Of a stretch of DNA of 64,000 bases, positions 45,896 through 55,108 are shown piece by piece. The stretch lies in IMG/VR virus record IMGVR_UViG_3300045923_000198, one strand, 5' to 3'. The first letter of the stretch is position 1, and every line of letters begins with the position of its first letter. The stretch comes from an uncultured virus (IMG/VR IMGVR_UViG_3300045923_000198) (taxonomy: Duplodnaviria; Heunggongvirae; Uroviricota; Caudoviricetes). Made by a program: the position numbers and the translations under genes. Below the pieces are notes generated by a model. The model was not told the DNA's origin, searched no databases, and worked only from the letters and a program-made list of their open reading frames with translations.

Positions 45896-46909
45896 ATGAA
45901 CCAGGTCAATCAAAGGGTCGAGGGGACACCGGCACGCAGCATTCCGCCGGCAAAGATGGGTCGAGGCCACGGCCTCACTCTCTTCGCGTCCTCTCTCGTC
46001 GTTGGCACCGCACTGGTGTTCGCTTGGGCGATTCCCGCCCGGTCGAGCATCAATCCGCCAGTGCCGGCGTCCCCCGTTCTCCAGGGAGCCACTCTCGCTT
46101 CCGTTGAGGAGAACAGGGTTCCCCCGCTGGAACTGGAAGAGCGACCCGTCGCAGACGTGAAGCTCTCGAAGTACCTCGCGGACTCCGCCCTCACGTGGGT
46201 GCAGAAGGCTCGCTCGTGGAACGAGTGGCCGGATTGCAGTGGCGTCGTGGGCACACGTGAGCACGAGCGGCTCTGCGCCAACTACGAGAAAGTGGAGCAC
46301 GAGACGACCAACGACACGCGCAAGCGCATCGAAAGCATCGCGCACGATGTCGCTACAGCGGCGACCGTCGAGTACGGTGCGTGGCCCAACGATCCGGGCA
46401 ACGCTCGGATGGCGGTGCTCGTGCTCGGGCTCGGCTTCGAGGAGACGCTCTTCCGCGGATACGTGGACGACGGCCGCTGCAATAGCAAGAGCTGGCAGTC
46501 CACGCCCGAGGGCATCAACCTCACCCGTATCGGCGGCACCTGCGACGGCACGCTCGCGCACTCGGTCTGGCAGATCCACACGGGAGACGGCATCCTGCTC
46601 TTGAACAACAAGGGCAAGGGCCAGGACTGGATGCACGTCATCGAGACGGTCCCCCAGCGAATCCTCGACGAGGATGCAAAGACCCCCATGGGGCTGCGCC
46701 AGTACGTGGACGGTGAGAACATCATCACCGACCGCCTGCTCGCCGCACGCACCGCATGGCGCATCGCCAGGCAGGCGCTCCGCATCGGGAAGTTCCAGAG
46801 CCTCTGCGCGTACACGGGCGAGTTGAACGGTGTCTGCCCCAAGGGGGACATCCGCCTCAACTTCGCGAACGGCTGGTGGCAGAACCACCCGTTCTCTCCC
46901 ACCAACTGA
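45896..46909 (+). CDS. membrane-anchored/secreted protein, possible lytic transglycosylase-like fold
   Basis: N-terminal TM; GFEETLF...DGTLAHSVWQIH resembles SLT E-S...GLxQ pattern. Confidence 0.55.
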   Translation: MNQVNQRVEGTPARSIPPAKMGRGHGLTLFASSLVVGTALVFAWAIPARSSINPPVPASPVLQGATLASVEENRVPPLELEERPVADVKLSKYLADSALTWVQKARSWNEWPDCSGVVGTREHERLCANYEKVEHETTNDTRKRIESIAHDVATAATVEYGAWPNDPGNARMAVLVLGLGFEETLFRGYVDDGRCNSKSWQSTPEGINLTRIGGTCDGTLAHSVWQIHTGDGILLLNNKGKGQDWMHVIETVPQRILDEDAKTPMGLRQYVDGENIITDRLLAARTAWRIARQALRIGKFQSLCAYTGELNGVCPKGDIRLNFANGWWQNHPFSPTN

Positions 46910-46936
46910 GCTTCCTCTTATTCCCTCAGTGAGGGT

Positions 46937-47326
46937 ATGACTGGTCAGGAACTCAGCGATCTCAAGGCCCGTATGTGGCAGGCGCACCACTACCACTGGA
47001 AGGTTGGCAAGGCCAACGAAGTGGCAGAGGAACTTGCAGCGATGGGCGCAACGATGCCGAAGGGTGTCGAGGCGCCCACCGCTCTGCACCTGCTCAAGAT
47101 GATCGAGCAGATCGAGGGTGGGGCTCCGGCTCCGAAGCCTGTGGTCTCGCCCCCGAAGCCCAAGGCGGAACCGCCGATGGTCAAGGTGGAGCCCAAGGTG
47201 GAAGCACCCCCGCCGCCCGCCCCCAAGGCCGAAGAGCCCCCGCAGGTCGAGTCGCACGAAGCTGGCGATGAAGACCTGGCCGAGATGCTCAACGTGCTCG
47301 GCAACCAGGAAATCAAGACGTCCTGA
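46937..47326 (+). CDS. Pro-rich hypothetical protein
   Basis: GAGG SD; TCTTAT motif 15 nt upstream. Confidence 0.7.
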   Translation: MTGQELSDLKARMWQAHHYHWKVGKANEVAEELAAMGATMPKGVEAPTALHLLKMIEQIEGGAPAPKPVVSPPKPKAEPPMVKVEPKVEAPPPPAPKAEEPPQVESHEAGDEDLAEMLNVLGNQEIKTS

Positions 47327-47625
47327 GCTGAGCCTCTCGGATCATCTCGATGAGTGCGCGCATTCGTTGCAGTGAGAGCCACTGCCGGTCGCGGATGCGG
47401 TACGCCCTGTAGATGACGAACTTCTTGGCCTCAAGCGCCAACTGTTCGAGCAATTTCGTCGAGATGGCGCTGTCAGACAAGGCTACAGGCTTGCCTGACA
47501 TTGCGTCTGCAAGCTGCCGGATCGCGATGAACCCTTGACGAAGACCCTGCACAGTCGGGGTACCGTAAAGGGAGAAACGTGCGGCCGCTCTCCTTATGTG
47601 GTTGAAAAAGCTCTTGTCTGGGCCC

Positions 47626-49134
47626 ATGAGCGAGGAACCGATGCGTAGCCTTGCCGATTCGCTGACCTTGCGCGTGCTTCGCCGGGCTGTCGGTGCGAAC
47701 TCGACAAAGCCGATGGTTCTCAATGTCGTGGCGCGCTATCGGCAGGCCATGGAGTTCTCGTCGCCCGAGACGATGAAGGAATACCTTCACGAACACCCGG
47801 GTGCCGATCCGGGCAATCACTGGGTCAAAACCCCGGGTGAGCACGAGAAGAAGCCCGAGGGCGAGAAGAAGGAAGAGAAGCCCGAAAGTGAGGGCGAGAG
47901 CGAAGGCAAGGAGAAGAGCAAGCCGAAGCTCGAAGTCCCCAAGTCGAAGCCCATGGCGAGGCCGAAGGAGCAGGCTCGTGTCGGCGTTGCTGGCAACGAT
48001 GTGCCGCCCCCGCCCAAGCAGCTTCCGCGTCTGGCGAACCTTCGCGAGGACGAGAAGAAGTACGAAGAGCGGATGAACGACGCCTTCGAGAAGAACCCCG
48101 AGGGAGCAGCGAAGGCGTTCCTGGAGTCGTGCGAGAAGAACAACTGGGTCTTCGAGACTGACGCTGCGAAGAACCTACTCCCCGAGTGGTCTCGTCCGGA
48201 CCTCCCCAAGGACGAGAAGACAGTCCATCCCGAGCGTGCCGAGTTCCGAGGCAAGTACAACGCCGTTCTCCACCAAGCGGCCAACGCCATCGCGAAGCGG
48301 GCGTTCGTCAGCCGTCTGGACGAGATCGCGAAGATGCCCGAGGACAAGCGCAAGGTGCTCGTGACCTCGGGCGGTGTGGCGGCGGGCAAGGGGTCAGCGC
48401 TTGCTGCCCAGCCGGATCTCGCCAAGAGCGTTTCCGCAACGTGGGACGCGGCGGGAGAGCAGAACGCAACCGAGAACGAGTGGGTCCTCGAAGAGTGCAA
48501 GAAGCGCGGGATTCGACCCACCTTCCTTTTCGTCCACGCGGACCCGAAGCAGTCCTGGCCGGGCGTTGTCGAGCGGGCCAAGGGGATTGGCCGTATGGTG
48601 GACGCGCAGCTCTTCGCGGACTCCTACGCGGTGGGGTCGAAGAACTTCGCCGACTTCCACGACAAGAACAAGGACGAGGCGGACTTCGTGTTCGGCGTCT
48701 TCCAAGGACGCGGCAAGCCCGCGAAGATCACCGACAGCATGCCTGAAGAAGCGCTCAAGCTCGATGCCGACGACATCTACGAGCACGCCTCGAAGTACAT
48801 CGACGAGAAGAAGGACGACCTTCCGAGCTACATCTACGACGGTGCCACGATCGGGCGTAGGGCGTTCAAGAACGTCTCGGACAAGAACGCCAGCTACCCC
48901 GAGCTTACCTTCCGCGTCGCTGCCAAGCACATCAGAGGCCGAGCAATCATGGCAAACCCCAAGATGCCCCCGCAGGACAAGAAAGAGCTGGACCGGATTC
49001 GGAAGCTCTTCGAACAAGGTCTGTCTGAAGCCTCGAAGGATCCGAAGAAGATGGAAGAGCTTCGGATCAAGCAGGAACAGTTGATCAAGCCGTGGGAAGA
49101 CTACATCAAGGGCTGGAAGGCTCCGAAGGGTTGA
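47626..49134 (+). CDS. zeta-toxin-like P-loop kinase domain protein
   Basis: LVTSGGVAAGKGS, WD, FVHADP...VVERA...GRMV; start uncertain (47626 or 47641). Confidence 0.72.
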   Translation: MSEEPMRSLADSLTLRVLRRAVGANSTKPMVLNVVARYRQAMEFSSPETMKEYLHEHPGADPGNHWVKTPGEHEKKPEGEKKEEKPESEGESEGKEKSKPKLEVPKSKPMARPKEQARVGVAGNDVPPPPKQLPRLANLREDEKKYEERMNDAFEKNPEGAAKAFLESCEKNNWVFETDAAKNLLPEWSRPDLPKDEKTVHPERAEFRGKYNAVLHQAANAIAKRAFVSRLDEIAKMPEDKRKVLVTSGGVAAGKGSALAAQPDLAKSVSATWDAAGEQNATENEWVLEECKKRGIRPTFLFVHADPKQSWPGVVERAKGIGRMVDAQLFADSYAVGSKNFADFHDKNKDEADFVFGVFQGRGKPAKITDSMPEEALKLDADDIYEHASKYIDEKKDDLPSYIYDGATIGRRAFKNVSDKNASYPELTFRVAAKHIRGRAIMANPKMPPQDKKELDRIRKLFEQGLSEASKDPKKMEELRIKQEQLIKPWEDYIKGWKAPKG

Positions 49135-49159
49135 ACGAGGCGGTGTAGGAGAGCCCTAC

Positions 49160-49888
49160 ATGACCTCCACGTTCGTGATCCAAGAGGGGGACGCTCTCCT
49201 GCATTACGCGAACTGGCCCAAGCCGGCCGTCATCATCTCCGATGGTGTCTACGGAACGAGCGCGTGGCCGGGGGACCTCGACAACCCCAACGGGATCATC
49301 GACTGGTACGAGCCCCACATCGAAGCGTGGACGTCCTACGCCGGCGAGCAGACGAGTCTATGGTTGTGGTGCAGCGAGGTTGGTTGGGCAACCCTGCACC
49401 ACATTCTGTCCGAGTACGACTGGACGTTCCGCGGATGCAACGTCTGGGACAAGGGTCTCGCGCACGCGATCCCGAGCGAGGCTGGTGCTCTGGCCTTCCC
49501 CTCCGTGACCGAGCTGTGCGTGCACTACGTGCGTGACCCGGACAAGGCGAAGTTCAACCTCCCCTCCGCGACCACGAACACCTGGCGTGAGCCGACCGTG
49601 CGAGGTGCTGAGCGTGTGAGTCGCGCCAAGGTCGGGCAGAAACCGCTCCGCCTCATGAACCTCATCATCCAGGCGTCCAGCGACCCCGAGGACATCATCT
49701 GGGAGCCTTTCGCAGGCGTGGGCTCGGCGAGCGTGGCGGCCTTCCAGAGTGGCCGTAAGAGCTACGGTGCCGAGATCAATCCGGCTACCTTCGAGATGGC
49801 TCAGGCTCGCATCGAAGCGGTCACTGACGCGGAGGGGGCTCTCCGTCGTCAGATGGAGCTGTTTGCCCACGCGCAGACAATCGAGTAG
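49160..49888 (+). CDS. DNA methyltransferase (N4/N6, beta-type order)
   Basis: IISDGVY in DPPY position, VWDKG, QKPL, IWEPFAGVGS, GAEIN. Confidence 0.82.
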   Translation: MTSTFVIQEGDALLHYANWPKPAVIISDGVYGTSAWPGDLDNPNGIIDWYEPHIEAWTSYAGEQTSLWLWCSEVGWATLHHILSEYDWTFRGCNVWDKGLAHAIPSEAGALAFPSVTELCVHYVRDPDKAKFNLPSATTNTWREPTVRGAERVSRAKVGQKPLRLMNLIIQASSDPEDIIWEPFAGVGSASVAAFQSGRKSYGAEINPATFEMAQARIEAVTDAEGALRRQMELFAHAQTIE

Positions 49889-50030
49889 TCGTCCGCTTGA
49901 GGTGCCTTGCGATGGCACACGCAAGCTGCCACCTGTTCTTCGTGCCAACAGGCACTCCGAGGTACATGGCCAGGCGTCGGAGGTCTTCGATCTTGCCCTT
50001 GTAGAGGGTGTCAGCCGAGATGTACCTCAT
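49821..50030 (-). CDS. hypothetical protein
   Basis: MRYISADTL...; overlaps the MTase end. Confidence 0.4.
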   Translation of the reverse strand: MRYISADTLYKGKIEDLRRLAMYLGVPVGTKNRWQLACAIARHLKRTTTRLSARGQTAPSDDGEPPPRQ

Positions 50031-50178
50031 CCTCGGACTCCTCTTCCACGAAGGGTCCAGGTCCCTCGGCACCTTCGTCCCAACCAATGCCACACGGGCA
50101 AGAGAAGTGCCCACAGCCTGGGCAGCACTCCTTCATCGCCGAGTGGTCGCAGAAGACGGCTTCGTAGACGTACGTCAC
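50011..50178 (-). CDS. small Cys-rich protein
   Basis: CDH...CCPGCGHFSCPCG; GTG 11 nt after GGTGTA. Confidence 0.55.
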   Translation of the reverse strand: MTYVYEAVFCDHSAMKECCPGCGHFSCPCGIGWDEGAEGPGPFVEEESEDEVHLG

Positions 50179-50188
50179 AACCTCTAGT

Positions 50189-50917
50189 CTACACCAAGCC
50201 CAACGTCTCGACCAGACCCCCAACGGCCGCTTCGAGAACGTCCAGGCTCTCGGAGTGGTTGAGCAGGTGATAGTCGAAGAGGGAGTCCGGGATCGCGTTC
50301 TGTTCCGTTTCGCTCTGGTGCTTCGCCGATGCGCCCACGAGGCCCGAGTTCTTGCGGACGATGCGTACGACCTTGCCGCCGGCTGCCGAGACTGCATCGA
50401 CCTCGTTGCGGAAGCGAACGTCACTGATCACGACCCCCTTGGGCTTTGGACCCACCGGGACATTCGTGACTGCGAGCCCGCCCTTGGCGTTGTACGAGTA
50501 GTGGACGCTGCGGAGGATGCCGCTCTTGTGCAGGAGATTGTCTGCCACACGCAGCGCGTAGTCCACCCACACGTTCTGGTAGCAGTCCCGCCCCCACTCG
50601 CTGCCCAAGAGCTGCAAGGCGAGCCGAGGAGTGAGGAAGCACGCCTTGTTGTCCGCCTCCTCGTAGGAGACGTTGCAGCACCCGCAGGCCATCCCCTCCT
50701 CGTAGATCGAGTGTGCCCGAGGATAGCGCTCGTCGGCGGCGTTGCGCATCGCGCTTGGCCCCCAGAGCTGCTCGTCGGTGAAGTTGAAGACATCCTTGCA
50801 GATGCGCTTGAGCGGGTCAGCGAAGGCCACCTTGACGAACCCGTGATTCTTCACGAGGAAGTCGGCGACCGTATCCTTGCCTGAGCCCGCGACACCACAT
50901 AGACCGACGACGTTCAT
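50189..50917 (-). CDS. deoxynucleoside monophosphate kinase
   Basis: GLCGVAGSGKDT, FADPLK, TPR..LQLLGSEWGR, VISDVRFRNE, HQSE. Confidence 0.9.
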   Translation of the reverse strand: MNVVGLCGVAGSGKDTVADFLVKNHGFVKVAFADPLKRICKDVFNFTDEQLWGPSAMRNAADERYPRAHSIYEEGMACGCCNVSYEEADNKACFLTPRLALQLLGSEWGRDCYQNVWVDYALRVADNLLHKSGILRSVHYSYNAKGGLAVTNVPVGPKPKGVVISDVRFRNEVDAVSAAGGKVVRIVRKNSGLVGASAKHQSETEQNAIPDSLFDYHLLNHSESLDVLEAAVGGLVETLGLV

Positions 50918-50984
50918 GCGCCTCCACGTGAGCCGTATGGGCCCAGCGTGGCCGTCCCTACACCACTTGTGGCCGTGCCATCAT

Positions 50985-51458
50985 GTGGAGCCGATCAGCA
51001 AACGGGTAGCCCTACGGTACGCGGCCAAAGCTGCCGAGACCGCGGAGTCCTTCGCGGCCGCTTTCTTCGCCAAGCACCCGCATTTGCAGAGGTTCGCGCC
51101 TCGACGTGTGCTGGACAAGGCGGCAGGAGGCTCCGGCTCCCATCCCGAAGCTCGCCAGAGCGGCAACGAGATCTGGCTCTTCCCCAAGTTCTGGCACCTC
51201 GACGACAAGATGCGCGACTTCGTGTTCGCCCACGAGCTTGGGCACTACACGCAGAGCGAGACTCTACCCGGGTCGAAGTTCATCGACGCGTGCAAGGAAC
51301 TTGACATCGACCCGTGGGACACGTCGAGCCTTCCGTTCGGACAGGGCAACATGGACGAGGCGTTCGCGGACAGCTTCGCAACCTACTTCCTCGATCACGG
51401 GGACCTGCACCACCGCTACCCCAAGTGGGAGACCCTGGTACATCGTGTCGTGGGTTGA
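50985..51458 (+). CDS. small zincin-like protein with N-terminal RVALRY motif
   Basis: FVFAHELGH...DEAFADSFATY. Confidence 0.75.
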   Translation: MEPISKRVALRYAAKAAETAESFAAAFFAKHPHLQRFAPRRVLDKAAGGSGSHPEARQSGNEIWLFPKFWHLDDKMRDFVFAHELGHYTQSETLPGSKFIDACKELDIDPWDTSSLPFGQGNMDEAFADSFATYFLDHGDLHHRYPKWETLVHRVVG

Positions 51459-51596
51459 ACGCTGCACCGGAGACCTTGGGGCTTTCACGGGTCTCCCCAC
51501 ACCTGGCAGCCTTTTGACCCCAACTCGCACGCGCGTACGAGTATCGGTATCTGCTCAGTTGGTACTGTCGTCTCCGATGCAGCGTCCAACACACGA

Positions 51597-51768
51597 TGGA
51601 AGCCCCCACCGGGATTCGACCCGGGTCTCCGACTTTATAGGTCGGCGTGTTCATCCTCGGCCCACGAGCCGATCGTATCTCGTGGTACCTGCCCGCCCTG
51701 GCGCCAGAGAGCGCAGGTTTTTCCGGTGGATGCGCGGTCGAGCTGCTCCGCCTACTACTATGGGGACC
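51597..51768 (-). ncRNA. tRNA-like RNA with ~100-nt insertion in the D arm; anticodon loop CU-AUA-AA; encoded CCA
   Basis: GGTCCCCA/TGGGGGCT acceptor + TCCA; CCGAC/GTCGG anticodon stem; CCGGG-TCGAAT-CCCGG T arm. Confidence 0.7.
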
Positions 51769-51773
51769 CCCAA

Positions 51774-51801
51774 ACTACAACCCCAGCGAGCGCGGAATCA
51801 A
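51774..51801 (-). promoter_or_regulatory. putative promoter TTGATT-N15-TTGTAGT (copy 2)
   Basis: Ends 5 nt before the 5' end of the tRNA-like RNA. Confidence 0.7.
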
Positions 51802-51824
51802 CTTGTCGAGCGAGATAGGTTGTG

Positions 51825-52100
51825 ATGGTGGGATCAGCCTGGGAGAACTTGGGAGCGTTGATCACGGCAACGGCCGCAGGCGTAGCTTGGGGGGCCTACC
51901 AGGCGATGCAGTGGGGCGACCTTGGCATGTCCTCTGGCGTCATGTTGTTCGGGCTCCTCATAGCCTACCTGGGGTTCCGTGGGCGCATGAACGCACAGGT
52001 CGAGGAGAAGCGCCTCGAAGTCATGCTGGAAGAACTCAGGGCGCCACGTCGGAGTCTTGTGTCATCGTCAGGACATCGGGATCCAAGCTCCCACGATTGA
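51825..52100 (+). CDS. small membrane protein (2 TM)
   Basis: Two hydrophobic helices. Confidence 0.55.
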   Translation: MVGSAWENLGALITATAAGVAWGAYQAMQWGDLGMSSGVMLFGLLIAYLGFRGRMNAQVEEKRLEVMLEELRAPRRSLVSSSGHRDPSSHD

Positions 52101-53769
52101 CCAGCGTGCGCATGAGCGACGCCACCCGCTTCATGGTCGCATCGTTCGGGGGCGGCGCCTTGCTCGGGTGTGGAAGCAACATCGCGAGGTAGAACGCCTC
52201 CTGCGCGGTCAGCTCGCTCGGCTTCTTGTGGAAGTAGGTCTGCGTCGCGTTGCCGATGCCGTAAAGGTTGGGGCCGTACTGCACCACGTTGAGGTACAGC
52301 TCCATGATCTGGTCCTTCGAGAGGCAACTCTCCAGCGCCATCGTCAGGAACGCCTCCTGGACCTTGCGCCCGATGGTCTTGGACCGCGTCAGGAAGACGT
52401 TCTTCGCGAGCTGCATCGAGATGGTCGAGCCGCCACGAATGAAGCGCCCCTTTTCCACGTCCGCCTTGAGGGAGTTCTCCAGCGCGGCGGGCACGAACCC
52501 GTGATGCGTGGGGAACGCCTTGTCCTCCATGTTGATGACCGCCATAGGCATCACCGGAGAGATGTCCTTGAGCGGCGTCCAGCCCTGCGTCCCGGGACCC
52601 GCGACGGCGACGGCAACATCGTCCCCCTCCCCGTAGTCCACGTAGATCGTGTGCTCGAACGGCTTCTTGAGCGCCTCGATGGACTTCACGGGGCAGACCG
52701 CCTTGCAGGTGTTGGTCATCGAGACCTTCACCTCCGGCTTGAAGTGCACGTCGAACCCGAGGCGGCCGGTGAAGCGCAGGCCATCGAACGCCTTGGCCTT
52801 CAATTCCTTCGGCAGCGTCTTCAACCAGTCGTTGCACTCATTGTCACCGGAGACGCCATACGTCTTCGGGTCGAGAACGAGTGAGGTGCTCCCCACCTGA
52901 ACCGTGAGGGTCTGCTCGCGCACATGCTCGGGGTTGAATGACGTGCGGATCCCCTCAATGGTCAACGGCTGGTCGAAGACACGGTTGGCGAGAAACGACA
53001 GGCTGTTGGCGTTCACGTCCACACGTGAAGGCTTGCCTTCCATCGCCCAGTAGTTCAGACGCACCTGGTCCAAGGTCGTCTGTCCTGAGCTGATCTCCTT
53101 GACCGTGACGACCCTGGAGTTGGATGCTTCCCGGTCGTCCGTGTAGTCCACGTCCTCGAAGAAGACGTTGTCCGGCTCCATGTCGTCCGGGATGAGGGAG
53201 GCGACCTTGCTGCCCATCCCGGGGATCGATGACAGCATGATGCGGACGATCCCCAGATGAGCGTGCCGCTTGTCACGCGACACGCACCCGGGACGCTCCC
53301 CCCACGCGAAGACACCGTTGTCGTCGTGGTAGGCTTGGAAGCTCTCGAAGCAAGCTTCGCTGTCGTTCACGCGCAGCCCGTCGATGGCGACGGAGTAGTC
53401 CCCCTTGTGGACCGTTCCGGAGAGCCCGCTGGCTTCGATGCGGTGCTTCTCGGCGCCTTCGCTGCTGCTCCCCTGGCCCTCTCCGAGAACGTAGTCGAAC
53501 TTGCCACCCTCGATCTTGACGGACTCGTCATTGATCGAGACCGTCACGAGCGGGAAGGTACCGTGAAGGTTCGCCTTCTCCACGAGGACGTCGTGCAAGA
53601 CCACCTCGTGACGGTGCACCTCGATGGCACCGCGCACGTGGACGTAAGGCGCCCGCTCCGCGATCTTGTTCCGCACGTACGTGGGCGCGTAGCGGTACAG
53701 CCCGTAGGCGCTCAACCCGAGGACGGCGACGGACGCCCCTGCGATCACGAGACCCTTGCGCAGCTTCAT
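52036..53769 (-). CDS. monofunctional peptidoglycan glycosyltransferase (GT51, MtgA-like)
   Basis: EDKAFPTHHGF, RGGSTISMQLAKN, RKVQE, LYLNVVQYG; N-terminal TM. Confidence 0.9.
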   Translation of the reverse strand: MKLRKGLVIAGASVAVLGLSAYGLYRYAPTYVRNKIAERAPYVHVRGAIEVHRHEVVLHDVLVEKANLHGTFPLVTVSINDESVKIEGGKFDYVLGEGQGSSSEGAEKHRIEASGLSGTVHKGDYSVAIDGLRVNDSEACFESFQAYHDDNGVFAWGERPGCVSRDKRHAHLGIVRIMLSSIPGMGSKVASLIPDDMEPDNVFFEDVDYTDDREASNSRVVTVKEISSGQTTLDQVRLNYWAMEGKPSRVDVNANSLSFLANRVFDQPLTIEGIRTSFNPEHVREQTLTVQVGSTSLVLDPKTYGVSGDNECNDWLKTLPKELKAKAFDGLRFTGRLGFDVHFKPEVKVSMTNTCKAVCPVKSIEALKKPFEHTIYVDYGEGDDVAVAVAGPGTQGWTPLKDISPVMPMAVINMEDKAFPTHHGFVPAALENSLKADVEKGRFIRGGSTISMQLAKNVFLTRSKTIGRKVQEAFLTMALESCLSKDQIMELYLNVVQYGPNLYGIGNATQTYFHKKPSELTAQEAFYLAMLLPHPSKAPPPNDATMKRVASLMRTLVNRGSLDPDVLTMTQDSDVAP

Positions 53770-53809
53770 CGCACGAGGGTGCCTCTATCTCGACCGTTTC
53801 GTCAAGTAG

Positions 53810-54463
53810 TCAGGGAACGAGTTGACCGAGAGATCGCCTGAGATTTTCGCGCGCCCGCACCTCGAAGATCGACCTGAAGCGGGATGTCACGTAGATGTGC
53901 GAACGTGCCAGGAAGTCATTGAGGATCTTGCCTCGCCCGAGCCTGTACTGCTCCCACGGGACGAACTCGTACTCGGCGCGGATGTCCTTCTCGTACTGGT
54001 CAAAGACCTCCGGGGTCTCCCCGAGAATCGAGAGGTCGATGTCCACCATGTACTGGTAACGGTCGGCCATGGTCTCGACGCTGGCCGCGTGCTTCGTGTA
54101 CCCAATCATGTCCGCGACCTCTGCGAGAAGCTTCTCGTTGAGCCCCATCCGACGCCCCGCCCGGTGCATCGCGAAAGTGCTCTCTTCCTCGTTGTTCGAG
54201 CGGCCAGGAATGTAGACGTAATCGTGCCACCAGAGCGCCAATTCCACGTGGTTCAAGTCCGCTCCCACGGGCACGTGAGCGTCCAGGAGGTCCAGGCACG
54301 CCTTGATGTGCACGAGCGAGTGGTAGTGCCGGACAGGCCCGTAGTACGCCTTCACGAGGTCCGTGTAGACTTCGTCCGCGACGTCCATGTCCGCGCCGAG
54401 ACGCTTGGCGAAGAGCATCCAGCGGGTTTCTAGCTGCTCGGAAAGCATCGTCTCGGTGGTCAT
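53810..54463 (-). CDS. HD-superfamily phosphohydrolase
   Basis: RHYHSLVHI, WWHDYVY, NEEES, DIDLSILG, IRAEY. Confidence 0.85.
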   Translation of the reverse strand: MTTETMLSEQLETRWMLFAKRLGADMDVADEVYTDLVKAYYGPVRHYHSLVHIKACLDLLDAHVPVGADLNHVELALWWHDYVYIPGRSNNEEESTFAMHRAGRRMGLNEKLLAEVADMIGYTKHAASVETMADRYQYMVDIDLSILGETPEVFDQYEKDIRAEYEFVPWEQYRLGRGKILNDFLARSHIYVTSRFRSIFEVRARENLRRSLGQLVP

Positions 54464-55092
54464 CACTTGGTCTCCTTGGGGTCGTCCAGGAGCTTCTTCA
54501 AGCCGCGGGGGTTGATGATACCACCATGACCCCCGGGTCTTGGCGTACGACCGTCGATGTACGCGCTCACGTCGGCTCCGTAGCGGCAACCGATGAGCCC
54601 TACGTCCACCTCCTGGTCGATCTTGCGGATGATGCCTGTCGGATCGATGTGAACCGTCACGCGCCAGGACATCGAGTCGCAAGTCATCTCCCCGGTGGTC
54701 ACACGGATGGAGGACGGTCGCAGCGCGTGCACGACGTTGAGTGCCGCGTTGTTCCATGGCCTCCCGTTGAGGAACTCCAAGACCGGGATGACCGTGCCGC
54801 CCCAACGGTCCAACTTCTGAGGCTGCACACTCCAGGTGGAGCGGTACTTGTCGGATTCGTCAGTCTCCGTCCAACGGTGGGGTTGCAGCTCCTTGTCCCA
54901 CTCTTCGGCCTCCGGACTGCCGGAGACGACCTCGTAGCACTTCCAGCCGATAGGGACCTGCTTCGGGTCATCCCCGGGCAGGACCGTGACGCCTTCTCGT
55001 CGTGGAATCACGATGTCCGGTTTGGGGGCATCGACCGTCAGTCTAAGCTGCGCGGGATCCGTGATGAGACGGTTCTTCCAGTCGTCACTCAT
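54463..55092 (-). CDS. hypothetical protein with peptidase inhibitor I78-like C-terminal region
   Basis: RPSSIRV..GEMTCD...RVTVHID. Confidence 0.6.
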   Translation of the reverse strand: MSDDWKNRLITDPAQLRLTVDAPKPDIVIPRREGVTVLPGDDPKQVPIGWKCYEVVSGSPEAEEWDKELQPHRWTETDESDKYRSTWSVQPQKLDRWGGTVIPVLEFLNGRPWNNAALNVVHALRPSSIRVTTGEMTCDSMSWRVTVHIDPTGIIRKIDQEVDVGLIGCRYGADVSAYIDGRTPRPGGHGGIINPRGLKKLLDDPKETK

Positions 55093-55108
55093 GCTCGGCA
55101 CTACACCG

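Noticed and set aside
45595..46107. ORF starting 11 nt after GGTGTA at 45578
   Set aside because: Low-information sequence overlapping the SD-supported 45896 gene out of frame; more likely a long leader, unresolved.
51280..51654. 124-aa minus-strand ORF
   Set aside because: Overlaps the tRNA-like RNA and the zincin gene; no protein motif.
51597..51768. tmRNA call
   Set aside because: Anticodon arm is intact, length is only 172 nt, and no tag ORF is evident.
53780..53806. TTGACG promoter upstream of the GT51 gene
   Set aside because: No convincing -10 at 16-18 nt spacing.
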